From Sphingobacteriales bacterium (lineage in GTDB: Bacteria; Bacteroidota; Bacteroidia; Chitinophagales; JADIYW01): 64,000 bases of DNA. The stretch covers positions 94,076 through 158,075 of the forward strand of contig JADJYT010000002.1 of assembly GCA_016719635.1 (NCBI GenBank). The letters are read 5' to 3'. Shown here one piece after another: positions 1 through 10,469 of the stretch. The translations under genes and the position numbers were made by a program. The notes under the pieces are model-generated. The model did no database searches and was not told the DNA's origin. It saw only the letters and a program-made list of their open reading frames with translations. The stretch's first letter is position 1. The number at the start of each line of letters is the position of its first letter.

Positions 1-3000
1 AAAATTGGGTGAACTGCTGGACTCTACAAATTGTTGGATTATAGTGCTTGCAATAGCAGGCTGCATGAAAAATTTCACCGCCAGATCAGCTGTAACCTGT
101 AAATTCTGGGATGGCGGCGTAAACTTAAAGACTCCAACCGCAGCAACTTTACACGGCGCTAAATTAAGTCCGAATCCTATCTCTCCAATCGCATCAATCG
201 CTTTCGAATTCTCATTGTACTTCATGCATGACGACTTGGAATAGCTTGATTTAAAGGCATTCTCATCACCAAATATGATTGTATTAGGCTCTGTCTTACT
301 GAATATCATGGATCCCTTCACCGTCATGATGCTCGCATCATTTCTGTCGCGTTTATCCTGTAAGATAGCGCTGTAAAACTCCGGTATGCTTTTATCCAGC
401 ATCAAGCCTACAAAGAGGCTGTTATTTGCCTGACTTAAGACACTATCCATACTGACAGCCGGTTTTTTAGGATCGAGTGCCTGTATATTTGTTATCCAGT
501 CACTGGTGTTGTTGGCAATATCAATCTTTACAGCTCCGTCCAAAAATACATCCTTATGCCTGGAATCGAATTCGAATTTCCCTTTATAGTAAATCTTATT
601 ATCCAGTTTAAAATTCTCTGCCTCATCAATAAGGGCCTTGCCAAATGTAAATATTTTTGACATATCTCTCTGATCCCCTGTTCTTCTTCCCTTTTTATCC
701 AATGTATATACCTTACCTCTGTAAGGATTGTTTACATTAATTTCCGTTATTGCAATTTTTGATGTAGAACCGTTGTTCATTTTCATAAAATAATTACCGG
801 TTCCGGTAAAATCATTTCTACCGACAATGTTAACTTCCGCATCTTTTACCGTATGGAAGGAACTGTCGGCGTTAAAGACGATACTGGCGTTTTTAAGGGT
901 TCTGACGGTTCCATCCTGCTCTATAAAGATTTGTCCCTTATCCGGAATAACTTTTGAATCGGCCAGCAATAATTCGTTGATACCCCCAAAAAAGATAGAG
1001 TTATCATTTAAATTCAAATCGGCCGTAGTCGTAATAAATTTGAGTGAATCCTTTGTCGGATCAGTCGACAACAAAAAGAAAGTGGCATACTTGGAAACGG
1101 AATTCAGTGTGAGTTTATTATTCGCCAAATCAAATTTTAAGAACTTCGGATTGGCAACATACCTAAACGATTCCAGCGGTATTGTATCGTTCTTATTCAA
1201 TTCAATATCTGCCACCTTGTTATCCAAATCAAATTTAGCATTCACATCATTCGATGCGAGAAGTGATACCCCGTCATTATTTGACAGATTCAATTTTCCG
1301 TTTCTGGCCTCAAACTGTCTTGCCTTAAAAGTGATATCATCAGACTGGAGTTTAGTTTTGTTCCACGAAAGCACTCCGACTCCTTTCAGCTTCTTTTTAT
1401 ACAATATGATTTTACCGTCCAATTCGGTGATGGCATTATACATACTGAATTTCTCCTCTTTTTCCGGTGAAACGACTAAAGAATCTGTTTTTACGTTCCA
1501 AATAAAGGAAGACTGATTGACCCTGGTTTGCGGCAAATCCGCATTTTTATCTTCCGTTATCCGAACGCTGTCAATTTCGGCATAAACACTGTCCATAAAA
1601 AAGAAAGCCGTATCCGCATACATTCTTGCTGGTCCAAATTCAAACAACCCTTTTCCAGATAGTCCGCTGCTGTTAAGTTTCAGGTCTGCCGTGTATTTCC
1701 CTTTATTTCCAAATAAGCTATATCCTTTTTCGCCGGTTTGCACGTCGATTCCATAGGATTTATCATCCTGTAATTTTAAACCGGATTTGATGGGTTCGAA
1801 AATACCGCCTGAAATTAGTTGTCCGTCTAAACTCAGGTTTTCCGTTGCAATTTCATTTAAACTATCCAATTTGAAAGGGAATACCTGATAAAAGAATTTA
1901 TCCTTATCATATTTAGTCCCGTTCGGACCTTTGTCATAAAACGTTTTTGCCGTGTCGCCACTGACGAAATACGGATATTTTCTGTCATTATTCGTCCCTG
2001 ACTTGTTATCGGGAGCGGCTATATGCAAAGAACCGGTGATATTCTGTATGGGTGTTTTGGAGCGTATTAACTTAATTTCTCCTCGTTCATTGGGTTTTCC
2101 ATCCCCATCCGGAACATAGACTACCATAGAATCCACGTTTTTCATATTGAACGCATAGTTATCATAATCGAAATCCACTTTTTTGGCAACAAAATCAAAC
2201 TTACCTGCCTGTATCTTTCCGGAGAGAGTCATCACCCTGTTTTTCGATAATAAAACGGTATCGTTATTAGGAATGAATTTGACACCTGATTTTGTACTCA
2301 TATTAATTTCCTCCACACCGTAGATTTCAAGTACATTCGTATTGATATTTAACCGGGCGTTCAGATTTCTTTTGAAGGACGCGAACTTGATGAAATCATA
2401 ATCCTGTTTACCACGGGCGGATAATGCCTGATTAACTAATTTTTCTTTTACTTCAATCATTCTTGTTGACGGATTATAATTGATGTATCCGTCTTCCACC
2501 AGCTTAAAGAAAATATGTTGTGATGCGAAAAACGGCGCACCCGGATTGATATCCAGCGCCAGTGCCTGAGCATCCACAAAACGATCCGCGCTACTTTCAT
2601 AATATCTGAAAATTTTGTCAATTGGCCCCTGTTCGGAAGGTCCTTTGTATTTATTTTCCAGATTTGGCTGGTAATAATTAAATGATTCAAAAATTGCAGG
2701 CTTCTCTCCTGACAACGTAATCATACTGAATTTCATGATGGTACTGTCCAGATTCCATTTCAGCTCGTCGACAAAAAAAAACATTTTATGGTATTCACTT
2801 GTAAACGGCTGTTTGGATAAAGGTTTCATATCCCGATATGCCTTAACATCCTTATTTTTGGAGAAGTAGGAAAAATTGACAAACGGATGAATAATCGTAT
2901 TGTCTTTTAAAAAGATGGTCATGGATGCATCCTCTACGGTAATATCCTTGAATTCCTTGATTTGAATCCTGTTAGCTGTAACACGAACCAGTTCTTTGCC

Positions 3001-3975
3001 GTCTTTGCCGGTCAGTGAAATCTTGGGAAGTACGGTATCCGAGCCAACGCCGTAGATACTGGTACCTTCCAATTGAAAACCGCCGCTGAATTTCACTTCT
3101 TTTCCGAGTGTATTAAAATTGACGTTATTGCTGTAAGAACGGAATTTTGGATATAATCTTTCCTGTGATTTTGCCTGCAATAATTTATCCGTGTAGGCAC
3201 CCAACAGAACCTCACTCAGGACGGGTTTAAATGTAAACTTTGCAGAATCTATCTGGATATCCGATTTGCTGAAATTAATCTGATGGTTACCAAACTGTAC
3301 AAAATTATTGGCTGGATCAAAACCTGCCCTCTGTAAGGTCATGCTGCCGGTTGTGCCAATCCATAAATTTTCCAGGGGGTAATATTTTCCTTTTTCATTT
3401 CTGATGGTAAGGGTATCCGAATTGGAAGTACCAATCAGCTCTGTGGCTGCAAATGTAAATACAGGCTTATCCCCTATAAGGTCAACGGTATAATCTCCGG
3501 TAGCCTGCCAGGTGTTGGTATTGGTGAAATACAATGCATTCTTCTTATATAGATTGGAGAGATATTCTATATAACTGGAAAACTCCTTAACATTCCCGAT
3601 CTTCCCTTTATCTATCAAGGTTTGAAGAATATCGAAGTTTTTATCAATAGCTGCTGCGTTGGCTTTTGTGGCATCCAATGTCATTAACATGGCCGCAAAC
3701 TGCATGAACACCGGGTATGCGGGTGCCTTTTTGACCAACATGGTTTGTGAAATGCCTTTAATCTTAAAAAGATAAGCTGCAGCCTTTCCCGTCGTTACGG
3801 ATGACGGAAATTTATCCGCAATCTCTTTGCAGTCATCTCTTGTGCAGGTTCTTATAAAATCGGTATATGCTTTAGCAAAACCCGCATTATCTGCAGGAAA
3901 TTCTTTCGGGTATTGTGCATGCAGTAAATGAGTCGTAGCAAAAAGAAATACAATTAAGTTCAACAGTTTTTTCAT
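1..3975 (-). CDS. large secreted hypothetical protein; has its start codon but runs off the window edge (at least 1325 codons)
   Basis: The ATG is the reverse complement of cat at 3973-3975. It is followed by a signal-peptide-like MKKLLNLIVFLFATTHLLHAQ. The frame is still open at base 1, and the ORF track lists no stop-bounded minus ORF ending at 3975, which fits a run-off ORF. No family recognised. Confidence 0.7.
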   Translation of the reverse strand, partial: MKKLLNLIVFLFATTHLLHAQYPKEFPADNAGFAKAYTDFIRTCTRDDCKEIADKFPSSVTTGKAAAYLFKIKGISQTMLVKKAPAYPVFMQFAAMLMTLDATKANAAAIDKNFDILQTLIDKGKIGNVKEFSSYIEYLSNLYKKNALYFTNTNTWQATGDYTVDLIGDKPVFTFAATELIGTSNSDTLTIRNEKGKYYPLENLWIGTTGSMTLQRAGFDPANNFVQFGNHQINFSKSDIQIDSAKFTFKPVLSEVLLGAYTDKLLQAKSQERLYPKFRSYSNNVNFNTLGKEVKFSGGFQLEGTSIYGVGSDTVLPKISLTGKDGKELVRVTANRIQIKEFKDITVEDASMTIFLKDNTIIHPFVNFSYFSKNKDVKAYRDMKPLSKQPFTSEYHKMFFFVDELKWNLDSTIMKFSMITLSGEKPAIFESFNYYQPNLENKYKGPSEQGPIDKIFRYYESSADRFVDAQALALDINPGAPFFASQHIFFKLVEDGYINYNPSTRMIEVKEKLVNQALSARGKQDYDFIKFASFKRNLNARLNINTNVLEIYGVEEINMSTKSGVKFIPNNDTVLLSKNRVMTLSGKIQAGKFDFVAKKVDFDYDNYAFNMKNVDSMVVYVPDGDGKPNERGEIKLIRSKTPIQNITGSLHIAAPDNKSGTNNDRKYPYFVSGDTAKTFYDKGPNGTKYDKDKFFYQVFPFKLDSLNEIATENLSLDGQLISGGIFEPIKSGLKLQDDKSYGIDVQTGEKGYSLFGNKGKYTADLKLNSSGLSGKGLFEFGPARMYADTAFFFMDSVYAEIDSVRITEDKNADLPQTRVNQSSFIWNVKTDSLVVSPEKEEKFSMYNAITELDGKIILYKKKLKGVGVLSWNKTKLQSDDITFKARQFEARNGKLNLSNNDGVSLLASNDVNAKFDLDNKVADIELNKNDTIPLESFRYVANPKFLKFDLANNKLTLNSVSKYATFFLLSTDPTKDSLKFITTTADLNLNDNSIFFGGINELLLADSKVIPDKGQIFIEQDGTVRTLKNASIVFNADSSFHTVKDAEVNIVGRNDFTGTGNYFMKMNNGSTSKIAITEINVNNPYRGKVYTLDKKGRRTGDQRDMSKIFTFGKALIDEAENFKLDNKIYYKGKFEFDSRHKDVFLDGAVKIDIANNTSDWITNIQALDPKKPAVSMDSVLSQANNSLFVGLMLDKSIPEFYSAILQDKRDRNDASIMTVKGSMIFSKTEPNTIIFGDENAFKSSYSKSSCMKYNENSKAIDAIGEIGFGLNLAPCKVAAVGVFKFTPPSQNLQVTADLAVKFFMQPAIASTIIQQFVESSSSPNF

Positions 3976-3981
3976 CGCTCG

Positions 3982-4809
3982 TTAATTTTCTTTTTTCTGA
4001 AATACCAAACACTCCCAGTTTTCCAGGTTACTATGATAGTTAGCTATCAAATTACATTCCAATGCTTTGTCCAAAATACATTTTGCGTCCTGGGTGTAAA
4101 ACCCTGAAATGAATAAATGACCGTTATTAACCAACAACGATGCTAATTTGCCCATATTTTCCAGTAAGAAATTCCGATGGATGTTCGCAAGGATGCGGTT
4201 AAATGTTCGTTGTCCTAACGTATCCAAATCACCTATAAGAGCCGTTATGCTTTTGGATTGATTCAATTCTATATTTTCCAGACAGTTTTTATAACACCAT
4301 TCGTCATTATCCAGCGCGGTGCAGTTGTCTGCGCCAAGCTTTTCAGCCAGTATGGCCAATATGCCTGTACCTGAACCGCAGTCTAATACTGATGTATGTT
4401 TAAAATCTATCAGCCGCATGCGCCGCATCATCTGCAGCGTAGTCGGATGATGCCCGGTACCAAATGACATCTTAGGTTCAATCACAATATCATAAGGCAC
4501 CTGCTGATTGACAGGGTGGAAGGTGGCATGTACGTAAACAAACCCATCTATTAACAACGGATGAAAACTGCGTTCCCATTGTTCATTCCAGTTTTTGTTT
4601 TCCAGTGCATTTTTTTGGACTGTAAGCTGATAGGTTTCGGCTATCTCCTTAATAAATTTTTCGCCATCCGTTTGCTGTATGTCATTCAGATAAAGTTCGA
4701 TGCAATCATCTTTTTCCTCAAAGCCTTCCGAATCAACTTCAAAAAATAATCCGGCGAAATCTTCTCTATCAAAATTTACCGGATACGATATGGTATATAC
4801 GTGAATCAT
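3982..4809 (-). CDS. prmA: ribosomal protein L11 methyltransferase
   Basis: 275 aa. SAM-binding motif 'VLDCGSGTGILAILAEKLGA'. PrmA-like length and layout. Confidence 0.9.
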   Translation of the reverse strand: MIHVYTISYPVNFDREDFAGLFFEVDSEGFEEKDDCIELYLNDIQQTDGEKFIKEIAETYQLTVQKNALENKNWNEQWERSFHPLLIDGFVYVHATFHPVNQQVPYDIVIEPKMSFGTGHHPTTLQMMRRMRLIDFKHTSVLDCGSGTGILAILAEKLGADNCTALDNDEWCYKNCLENIELNQSKSITALIGDLDTLGQRTFNRILANIHRNFLLENMGKLASLLVNNGHLFISGFYTQDAKCILDKALECNLIANYHSNLENWECLVFQKKEN

Positions 4810-4813
4810 TTGA

Positions 4814-5581
4814 TCAGTGCATTGCTTTTATAATATCCGAAAACTCCTGTACTTTCAGGGAAGCACCTCCGACCAGTCCGCCGTCGATATCAGGGCTGGC
4901 AAACAGTTCTTCCGCATTCTTCGCATTCACGCTGCCACCGTAGAGGATGGTTAGCTGTTCCGCAGTTTCCTTATTATATTTCTTTGAAATCTCTTTACGG
5001 ATAAATGCATGGACCTCTTGCGCCTGCTCAGGTGTGGCTGTTTTCCCTGTACCAATAGCCCAAACCGGTTCATAGGCGATTACCATACTCCTGATGTCAT
5101 TTTCAGGAAGCTGGAAAATGCAGTTATCCAGTTGTGTTTTGATGTATGCGAAATAACCATCCTGTTCTCTGACTTCGAGCGGTTCGCCACAGCAAAAAAT
5201 CGGGTTCAGATTTTCTTTGTGAGCCTGTTGTATTTTGAGCAGCAGCTGCTCATCCGTTTCATTGAAATATTGTCTTCTTTCTGAATGTCCTATGATAACA
5301 TATCGAACATCCAGTGAAGCAATGATTTTAGCGGATACTTCTCCCGTGTATGCCCCCTGTGCATACTCGCTGCAATTCTGAGCGGCGGCATAGAGATGCG
5401 GATATTTTACAAACATGGAGGAACAGTAATGAATGTAGGGGAACGGTGTTGCAATGACGACTTCTTTCGCTGCAGACAATTTATAAGAATCATAATTATC
5501 CAGTAACCCGTTAATCAGCACCACCGCCTCACTTTTAACGGCATTCATTTTCCAGTTTCCTGCTATAATCTTTCTGCGCAT
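4814..5581 (-). CDS. tpiA: triosephosphate isomerase
   Basis: Motifs 'IAGNWKMN', 'IIGHSERR' and 'AYEPVWAIGTGKTA'. The start overlaps the upstream stop by 1 nt (TAATG). Confidence 0.97.
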   Translation of the reverse strand: MRRKIIAGNWKMNAVKSEAVVLINGLLDNYDSYKLSAAKEVVIATPFPYIHYCSSMFVKYPHLYAAAQNCSEYAQGAYTGEVSAKIIASLDVRYVIIGHSERRQYFNETDEQLLLKIQQAHKENLNPIFCCGEPLEVREQDGYFAYIKTQLDNCIFQLPENDIRSMVIAYEPVWAIGTGKTATPEQAQEVHAFIRKEISKKYNKETAEQLTILYGGSVNAKNAEELFASPDIDGGLVGGASLKVQEFSDIIKAMH

Positions 5582-6765
5582 TATTTTCTGAATTCTGCTG
5601 TCTGTTCAAAAATGTGTTTCAATATTTTTTTATCGGTTTCCGTAATTTCTATACCCCGTCGTTCCATCACCCGTTGTGCCACTTCGCAGGCAATCTCTAA
5701 TTGAAAAATGCCATTCTCACCCCAGGCAAAATCGCGTATAAATTTTGGATGAAAGCCTGCTCCAAACACATTGGCACAAACGCCGGCCACCGTGCCGGTG
5801 TTAAACATGGTATTGATGCTGCTTTTGGAATGGTCGCCCATAATCAATCCGCAGAACTGCAAATCAGAATTCACATAATCCTTCGCAGCATAATCCCACA
5901 CCTTAACTTTTCCATAGTTGTTTTTCAGGTTGGAGTTATTCGTATCTGCTCCCAGGTTACACCACTCCCCTATGACGGAATTTCCTAAAAATCCGTCGTG
6001 TGCTTTATTGGAATATCCAAAAATTACCGAATTGCTGATTTCACCGCCTATCTTACAATGCGGGCCGATTGAAGTGTCACCATACACTTTGGTTTGCATT
6101 TTTAATGTGGAATATTCCCCTAATGCGAAAGGCCCCCTGATTGTACAGCCTTCCATCACCTCACTGTCTTTGCCCAAATAACTCGGCCCATGCTGGGCAT
6201 TTAAAATGGAACATTCACATCTTACCCCTTCCTCCACATAGATTTCCTTTCCCAGCAATTGATTGGTGTCTGATAATTTTTCAGGGTTCGGAATTAATCC
6301 AAGCAGATGTATATCCTTGCGGATCTCCTCTCCGTTCCATTTAAAAATATCCCAGCTGAAGTTCAGTTTTTGCAAAGGATAAGCAGAAAATGCAATTATA
6401 TATTCCTCCCGGTTTTTCCCTATCGTTTCCAATGACAGGGTTACCCGATTGGTTCTGACTGCGATAATGCAGTCTTCATTTTGCAGCAGGGTATTATTGC
6501 CCATTTGCAGAATTTCACGACAAAGTTCCGGATTTGGAAGTATGCCTGCATTGATATAAAGGGTAGCTTGTTTTTGCAGTAATGGATATTTTGCCTGCAA
6601 ATAGTCCTGGGTTAATACATCCGTTGAAGTTTTCAGGTATTTTTCCCATTTCTCCCTGATGGTTAAAATACCAACCCGAATATCGGCTACCGCCCTTGTT
6701 GCAGTCAGTGGCAGTAAGTGATTTCTTTCTCGGCTGTCAAAAAGTACGATATGCGGGATAGACAT
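5581..6765 (-). CDS. putative sugar-phosphate nucleotidyltransferase with a left-handed beta-helix C-terminal region (GlmU-like)
   Basis: N-terminus 'IVLFDSRERNHLLPLTATRAVADIRVGILT' is nucleotidyltransferase-like. The C-terminal half has hexapeptide-repeat character. The ATG at 6765 is preferred over 6789 because the rpmE2 terminator hairpin covers 6771-6805. Confidence 0.7.
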   Translation of the reverse strand: MSIPHIVLFDSRERNHLLPLTATRAVADIRVGILTIREKWEKYLKTSTDVLTQDYLQAKYPLLQKQATLYINAGILPNPELCREILQMGNNTLLQNEDCIIAVRTNRVTLSLETIGKNREEYIIAFSAYPLQKLNFSWDIFKWNGEEIRKDIHLLGLIPNPEKLSDTNQLLGKEIYVEEGVRCECSILNAQHGPSYLGKDSEVMEGCTIRGPFALGEYSTLKMQTKVYGDTSIGPHCKIGGEISNSVIFGYSNKAHDGFLGNSVIGEWCNLGADTNNSNLKNNYGKVKVWDYAAKDYVNSDLQFCGLIMGDHSKSSINTMFNTGTVAGVCANVFGAGFHPKFIRDFAWGENGIFQLEIACEVAQRVMERRGIEITETDKKILKHIFEQTAEFRK

Positions 6766-6770
6766 ACCGT

Positions 6771-6805
6771 AAAAATAAAAAAGTCGCAACGTAAAGTTGC
6801 GACTT
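6771..6805 (-). terminator. rho-independent terminator downstream of rpmE2
   Basis: 10-bp perfect stem aagtcgcaac/gttgcgactt (6781-6790 pairs with 6796-6805), 5-nt loop, then a U-rich tract on the minus strand (plus-strand aaaaataaaa at 6771-6780). Confidence 0.8.
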
Positions 6806-6828
6806 TGATGAAATATCTTTGAGAAATG

Positions 6829-7077
6829 TTATTTCTTAGCGTATTTTTTGTTGAATTTATCGATACGTCCTGCAGTATCCAATAATTTAACTTTTCCGGT
6901 ATAGTAAGGGTGAGATACATTAGATACCTCTAATTTCACCAAAGGATAATCATTGCCGTCTTCCCATTTGATGGTTTCGCGGGATGTTGCGCAAGATTTA
7001 GCTAAAAACAAATGGTCACAGGAAAAGTCTTTAAAAACGACTAATCTGTATTCTTTCGGATGGATATCTGGTTTCAT
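6829..7077 (-). CDS. rpmE2: 50S ribosomal protein L31, type B
   Basis: '[10 protein letters not shown]...HPYYTGK' is a classic L31 signature. The internal ATG at 7077 is preferred because a -7 promoter box lies at 7096-7103. Confidence 0.93.
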   Translation of the reverse strand: MKPDIHPKEYRLVVFKDFSCDHLFLAKSCATSRETIKWEDGNDYPLVKLEVSNVSHPYYTGKVKLLDTAGRIDKFNKKYAKK

Positions 7078-7095
7078 AAAATTATTTTGAGAGTG

Positions 7096-7103
7096 CAAAG
7101 ATA
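7096..7103 (-). promoter_or_regulatory. Bacteroidota-type -7 promoter box (TAtcTTTG) for rpmE2
   Basis: The reverse complement of caaagata is TATCTTTG, matching TAnnTTTG, about 19 nt upstream of the ATG at 7077. The -33 element is not clear. Confidence 0.45.
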
Positions 7104-7223
7104 CAGAATTTTCTTAAAATTTGAAAGATTGAAAATGAGATAATTATTAATTTTGCACCAAACTGAGAGGATTATACAAATTACTGACAATCAACTACAT
7201 ATTTGGTACACAGAAATTACTCC

Positions 7224-8318
7224 TTACTTTTTCTTCACGTTAATCTTCAGTGCACCACTCTTTTTCATGTCTGAGGTCAGCGAAACATTCTGTATTTTTT
7301 TACCGTCGTATACTGTTACAGAGGCGGTATTAGGCGGTTCCGTTCCCACATTCAGGGCGTGTAGAACCAGGTAATTTTGAGTTTTGTCCAAATGGAACTT
7401 TATGCTTTTTTTGGCCTTGGTGAGCAAGACATTTTCCAAAACCGGTACCTTATTCAGATACACATTCACAGAGTCACCATCTTCATTATACCTGTCCCAA
7501 TATTCTATGGTGATATCCGGGCTGCTGACCTCAATTTCATCTTTCACCACAACCGGACGCATCTTGACATTTTCAAAAGTATCAATCACCGGAGCACGAT
7601 CCTCTTTCTTTGCGACTATCTTAGTTTCTGATTTTGGCCTATCAGCTGTCTCCGGTTCCGGTTGCGCGACAACAGTATCAGCAGCCACAACCAGCCTTAC
7701 CGACGCTATTTCCTTTTCCGGTGATTTTGGCTGAGTAGTCATTACAGCCAGAGGTTTAGGCTTATTACCATACTGATCCCATACTTTGTTAAAGTCTGTG
7801 ATGGCATCGCTGTATTTTGGTTTGCGTAAATAGGCAGATCGAAGGCACTGAAACATGTCTTTCTGGATGTATTTTACCTTACAGGCATTATTCTTCTGAT
7901 CTTTCAGCAGCCAGGTATCCGTAAACGTCATCTCCGTATCATCTTCATTCAGGTCAAATGTACCGTTGAGGCAGTCTATCCAATTGGAGGATTCTGTTTC
8001 TCTGATTAAAACAATTGTCGTGATTTCCAGAAATTTTTTACTGCAGATATAACCGCTCACATTGTATTCACCGAAATAAAACCCATTGGTGATTTTCAAA
8101 CGGGCAGAAAAGATATCTCCGGGAGGCAGCTTCTGAACGGATAGCTGAACATCGTACGTATTATGTACATATTCAATGAAATTACCCACCCAGACTCCGT
8201 CAATATCTTGCGCCTTTAGTAAAGAAGAAGGATTATAGTACGAAGTGAGTATGAAAAACAAAAAAAAGTATAACAATCGTTTTATCACAACAACAAAATT
8301 AGATGAATCGATATTCAA
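7224..8318 (-). CDS. hypothetical membrane-anchored or secreted protein
   Basis: 364-aa ORF with a hydrophobic N-terminal segment 'LLYFFLFFILTSYY'. No family recognised. Confidence 0.6.
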   Translation of the reverse strand: MNIDSSNFVVVIKRLLYFFLFFILTSYYNPSSLLKAQDIDGVWVGNFIEYVHNTYDVQLSVQKLPPGDIFSARLKITNGFYFGEYNVSGYICSKKFLEITTIVLIRETESSNWIDCLNGTFDLNEDDTEMTFTDTWLLKDQKNNACKVKYIQKDMFQCLRSAYLRKPKYSDAITDFNKVWDQYGNKPKPLAVMTTQPKSPEKEIASVRLVVAADTVVAQPEPETADRPKSETKIVAKKEDRAPVIDTFENVKMRPVVVKDEIEVSSPDITIEYWDRYNEDGDSVNVYLNKVPVLENVLLTKAKKSIKFHLDKTQNYLVLHALNVGTEPPNTASVTVYDGKKIQNVSLTSDMKKSGALKINVKKK

Positions 8319-8397
8319 CTATCAAAATTATTGCCAAACTATTGTGGATAAGTGAAGGAGAGATGAAAAGATATCCGTAAAACCAACTGACCGAATG

Positions 8398-8985
8398 CTA
8401 CAACAACAACGATTTAATATATTCAACGACCTCTTTGCCTCCCCTGTTTTTTTCTGCAGAGGTCAAAAATTGCTTCGGCAGTGTTTCCCATTGTTCAGCA
8501 AGTTTCGCTTTAAATGCCTTGATATTCTTTTGCACCTGCAACGCTTTCTCCTTATCCGATTTCGTAAAAACAACAGAAAAGGGTATACCCTGTTCGCCTA
8601 ACCAGTTAATAAAATCCAAATCTATTTTTTGCGGAGAAATGCTGGCATCCACCAGCACAAAAACGTTTATCAGCTGACGGCGGTTCTGCAGATAATATTT
8701 AATCATCTTGCTGAACACCTCTCGGGTTGTTTTTGACACCCGAGCATATCCATAACCGGGTAAATCCACCAGCTGCCAGCTTTCATCAATCAAAAAGAGA
8801 TTGATAGCCTGCGTCTTTCCGGGTGTCTGTGACACCTTTGCCAGTTCTCTGCGATTGGTGAGCAAATTTATCAGGGAAGATTTACCTACATTACTTCTGC
8901 CGATGAAAGCAAATTCAGGATAGTCCGTATCCGGACAATCATCTGATTTGGGAAAAGAGCCGATAAATTTTGCCGTTTGTATCAA
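8398..8985 (-). CDS. engB: ribosome biogenesis GTP-binding protein YsxC/EngB
   Basis: G1 motif 'GRSNVGKSSLIN', 'DLPGYGYA', 'TKSDK'. Confidence 0.93.
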   Translation of the reverse strand: MIQTAKFIGSFPKSDDCPDTDYPEFAFIGRSNVGKSSLINLLTNRRELAKVSQTPGKTQAINLFLIDESWQLVDLPGYGYARVSKTTREVFSKMIKYYLQNRRQLINVFVLVDASISPQKIDLDFINWLGEQGIPFSVVFTKSDKEKALQVQKNIKAFKAKLAEQWETLPKQFLTSAEKNRGGKEVVEYIKSLLL

Positions 8986-9053
8986 GTTTCTGATTTATTT
9001 AATGCAAAGATGAATACTATTTTTGATAGATTGATAACTAATATTGTACTTTT

Positions 9054-9791
9054 GTGTTGTATTTCAAAAAATCAGTGGGAACACCATTAACACCATATAA
9101 TACCGGCGAAAGCAAAAAGGAGCAAGTGGCGACGATGTTTAATAACGTGGCTGGCACTTATGACTTCCTGAACCATTTTTTTTCCATGGGCATAGACAAG
9201 CTGTGGAGACGAAAACTGGTAAAATTAATCGGCACCACACAGCCTAAGAAAATCCTGGACGTAGCTACCGGTACCGCTGACTTAGCGATAGCCGAAACCC
9301 AACTTCATCCGGAGCAGATTATTGGAATAGATATTTCAGAAAAGATGCTGGAAGTAGGGAAAAAAAAGATTAAGCCATATCCGAACATATCCCTTCAGTT
9401 AGGTGACAGCGAAAACCTGCAGTTTAAAGAGGGCACATTTGATGCGGTGAGTGTATCGTTTGGCGTTCGCAATTTTGAAAATGTACCCAAAGGGCTCGCA
9501 GAAATGCGCAGAGTGCTGAAGCCCGGCGGCAAAGTGTTTATCCTGGAATTTTCAAAACCTACCAATTGGTTTTTTAAAAAGCTATACTATTTTTATTTTT
9601 GCAACGTTTTACCTTTTATCGGCAAGTTGGTCTCGAAAGATGCCAGCGCATACAGCTATTTGCCGGAAAGTGTCAGACTATTCGCGGATGGAGAAGAATT
9701 TGCGGCACTTTTACAGGATGCCGGCTATAAAAACATTACATGTACACCACTGACCTTTGGCATAAGCACCATATACATTGCAGAAAAATAA
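9054..9791 (+). CDS. ubiE: demethylmenaquinone/ubiquinone C-methyltransferase
   Basis: 'YDFLNHFFSMGIDKLWRRK', SAM motif 'ILDVATGTADLA', 'VSFGVRNF'. GTG start as given in the ORF track. Confidence 0.9.
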   Translation: MLYFKKSVGTPLTPYNTGESKKEQVATMFNNVAGTYDFLNHFFSMGIDKLWRRKLVKLIGTTQPKKILDVATGTADLAIAETQLHPEQIIGIDISEKMLEVGKKKIKPYPNISLQLGDSENLQFKEGTFDAVSVSFGVRNFENVPKGLAEMRRVLKPGGKVFILEFSKPTNWFFKKLYYFYFCNVLPFIGKLVSKDASAYSYLPESVRLFADGEEFAALLQDAGYKNITCTPLTFGISTIYIAEK

Positions 9792-10468
9792 TACTGTTGT
9801 TATTATTGTGCATCCCTGCGTTGGTGTTCGGCCAGCGCAATGCGATGGAAAACGATTTGAAATTTTCCAGAAGACGCTACCACTTCGGCATTCATCTTGG
9901 CGGAGGATTTTCAGATTTCATGGTCAAGCACAACGAAGCGTTTGCCCTCAGCGACAGCATCCTTTCCGTCAAATCAAGATTCGGAATGGGCTTTGAAATC
10001 GGTGCACTGGGCAGTTTTCACATCAATAAGTATGTCGAATTCAGGACACTGCCGAGTTTTGTGTTTTCCAATAAAAACATCACCTACGATTTTGCCGACG
10101 GCACCACCAAACAAAAGACCATTCCGCAAATTTTCTTTGAAATTCCTTTTGAAATGAAATTCAAGACTGAACCGCTTAAAGATATCAAACTGTATCTGGT
10201 AGCCGGTTTAAAATATGCATACGACCTAGGAGGTAATTTCAAATCCAGGAGAGACCCGGATATGCCCAAACAGTCTGCACATGATTTCGGCGTAAATTAT
10301 GGCGTAGGGATGGAAATTCATTTCCCCCTATTCATTTTATCGCCTGAATTTAAAGTATTCAATTCTGTGCTGAATATACACAAACAAAACAACGACCTGG
10401 TCTATTCCAAATACATGAGAGGGTTGTACAACCGTTCCTTTACATTTTCACTGAATTTTGAAGGGTAA
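9740..10468 (+). CDS. outer-membrane beta-barrel protein (PorT/porin-family-like)
   Basis: Signal-like 'ILLLLLCIPALVFGQ', alternating beta-strand pattern, C-terminal 'FTFSLNFEG'. The start is uncertain because the ORF overlaps the ubiE end by 52 nt. Confidence 0.6.
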   Translation: MYTTDLWHKHHIHCRKIILLLLLCIPALVFGQRNAMENDLKFSRRRYHFGIHLGGGFSDFMVKHNEAFALSDSILSVKSRFGMGFEIGALGSFHINKYVEFRTLPSFVFSNKNITYDFADGTTKQKTIPQIFFEIPFEMKFKTEPLKDIKLYLVAGLKYAYDLGGNFKSRRDPDMPKQSAHDFGVNYGVGMEIHFPLFILSPEFKVFNSVLNIHKQNNDLVYSKYMRGLYNRSFTFSLNFEG

Positions 10469-10469
10469 T

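Noticed and set aside
827-1516. 229-aa plus-strand ORF, along with other plus-strand ORFs between 5 and 2690
   Set aside because: It lies antisense within the long, signal-peptide-led minus-strand ORF 1-3975. Its composition is low-complexity and Ser/Phe/Leu-rich, which is typical of shadow ORFs.
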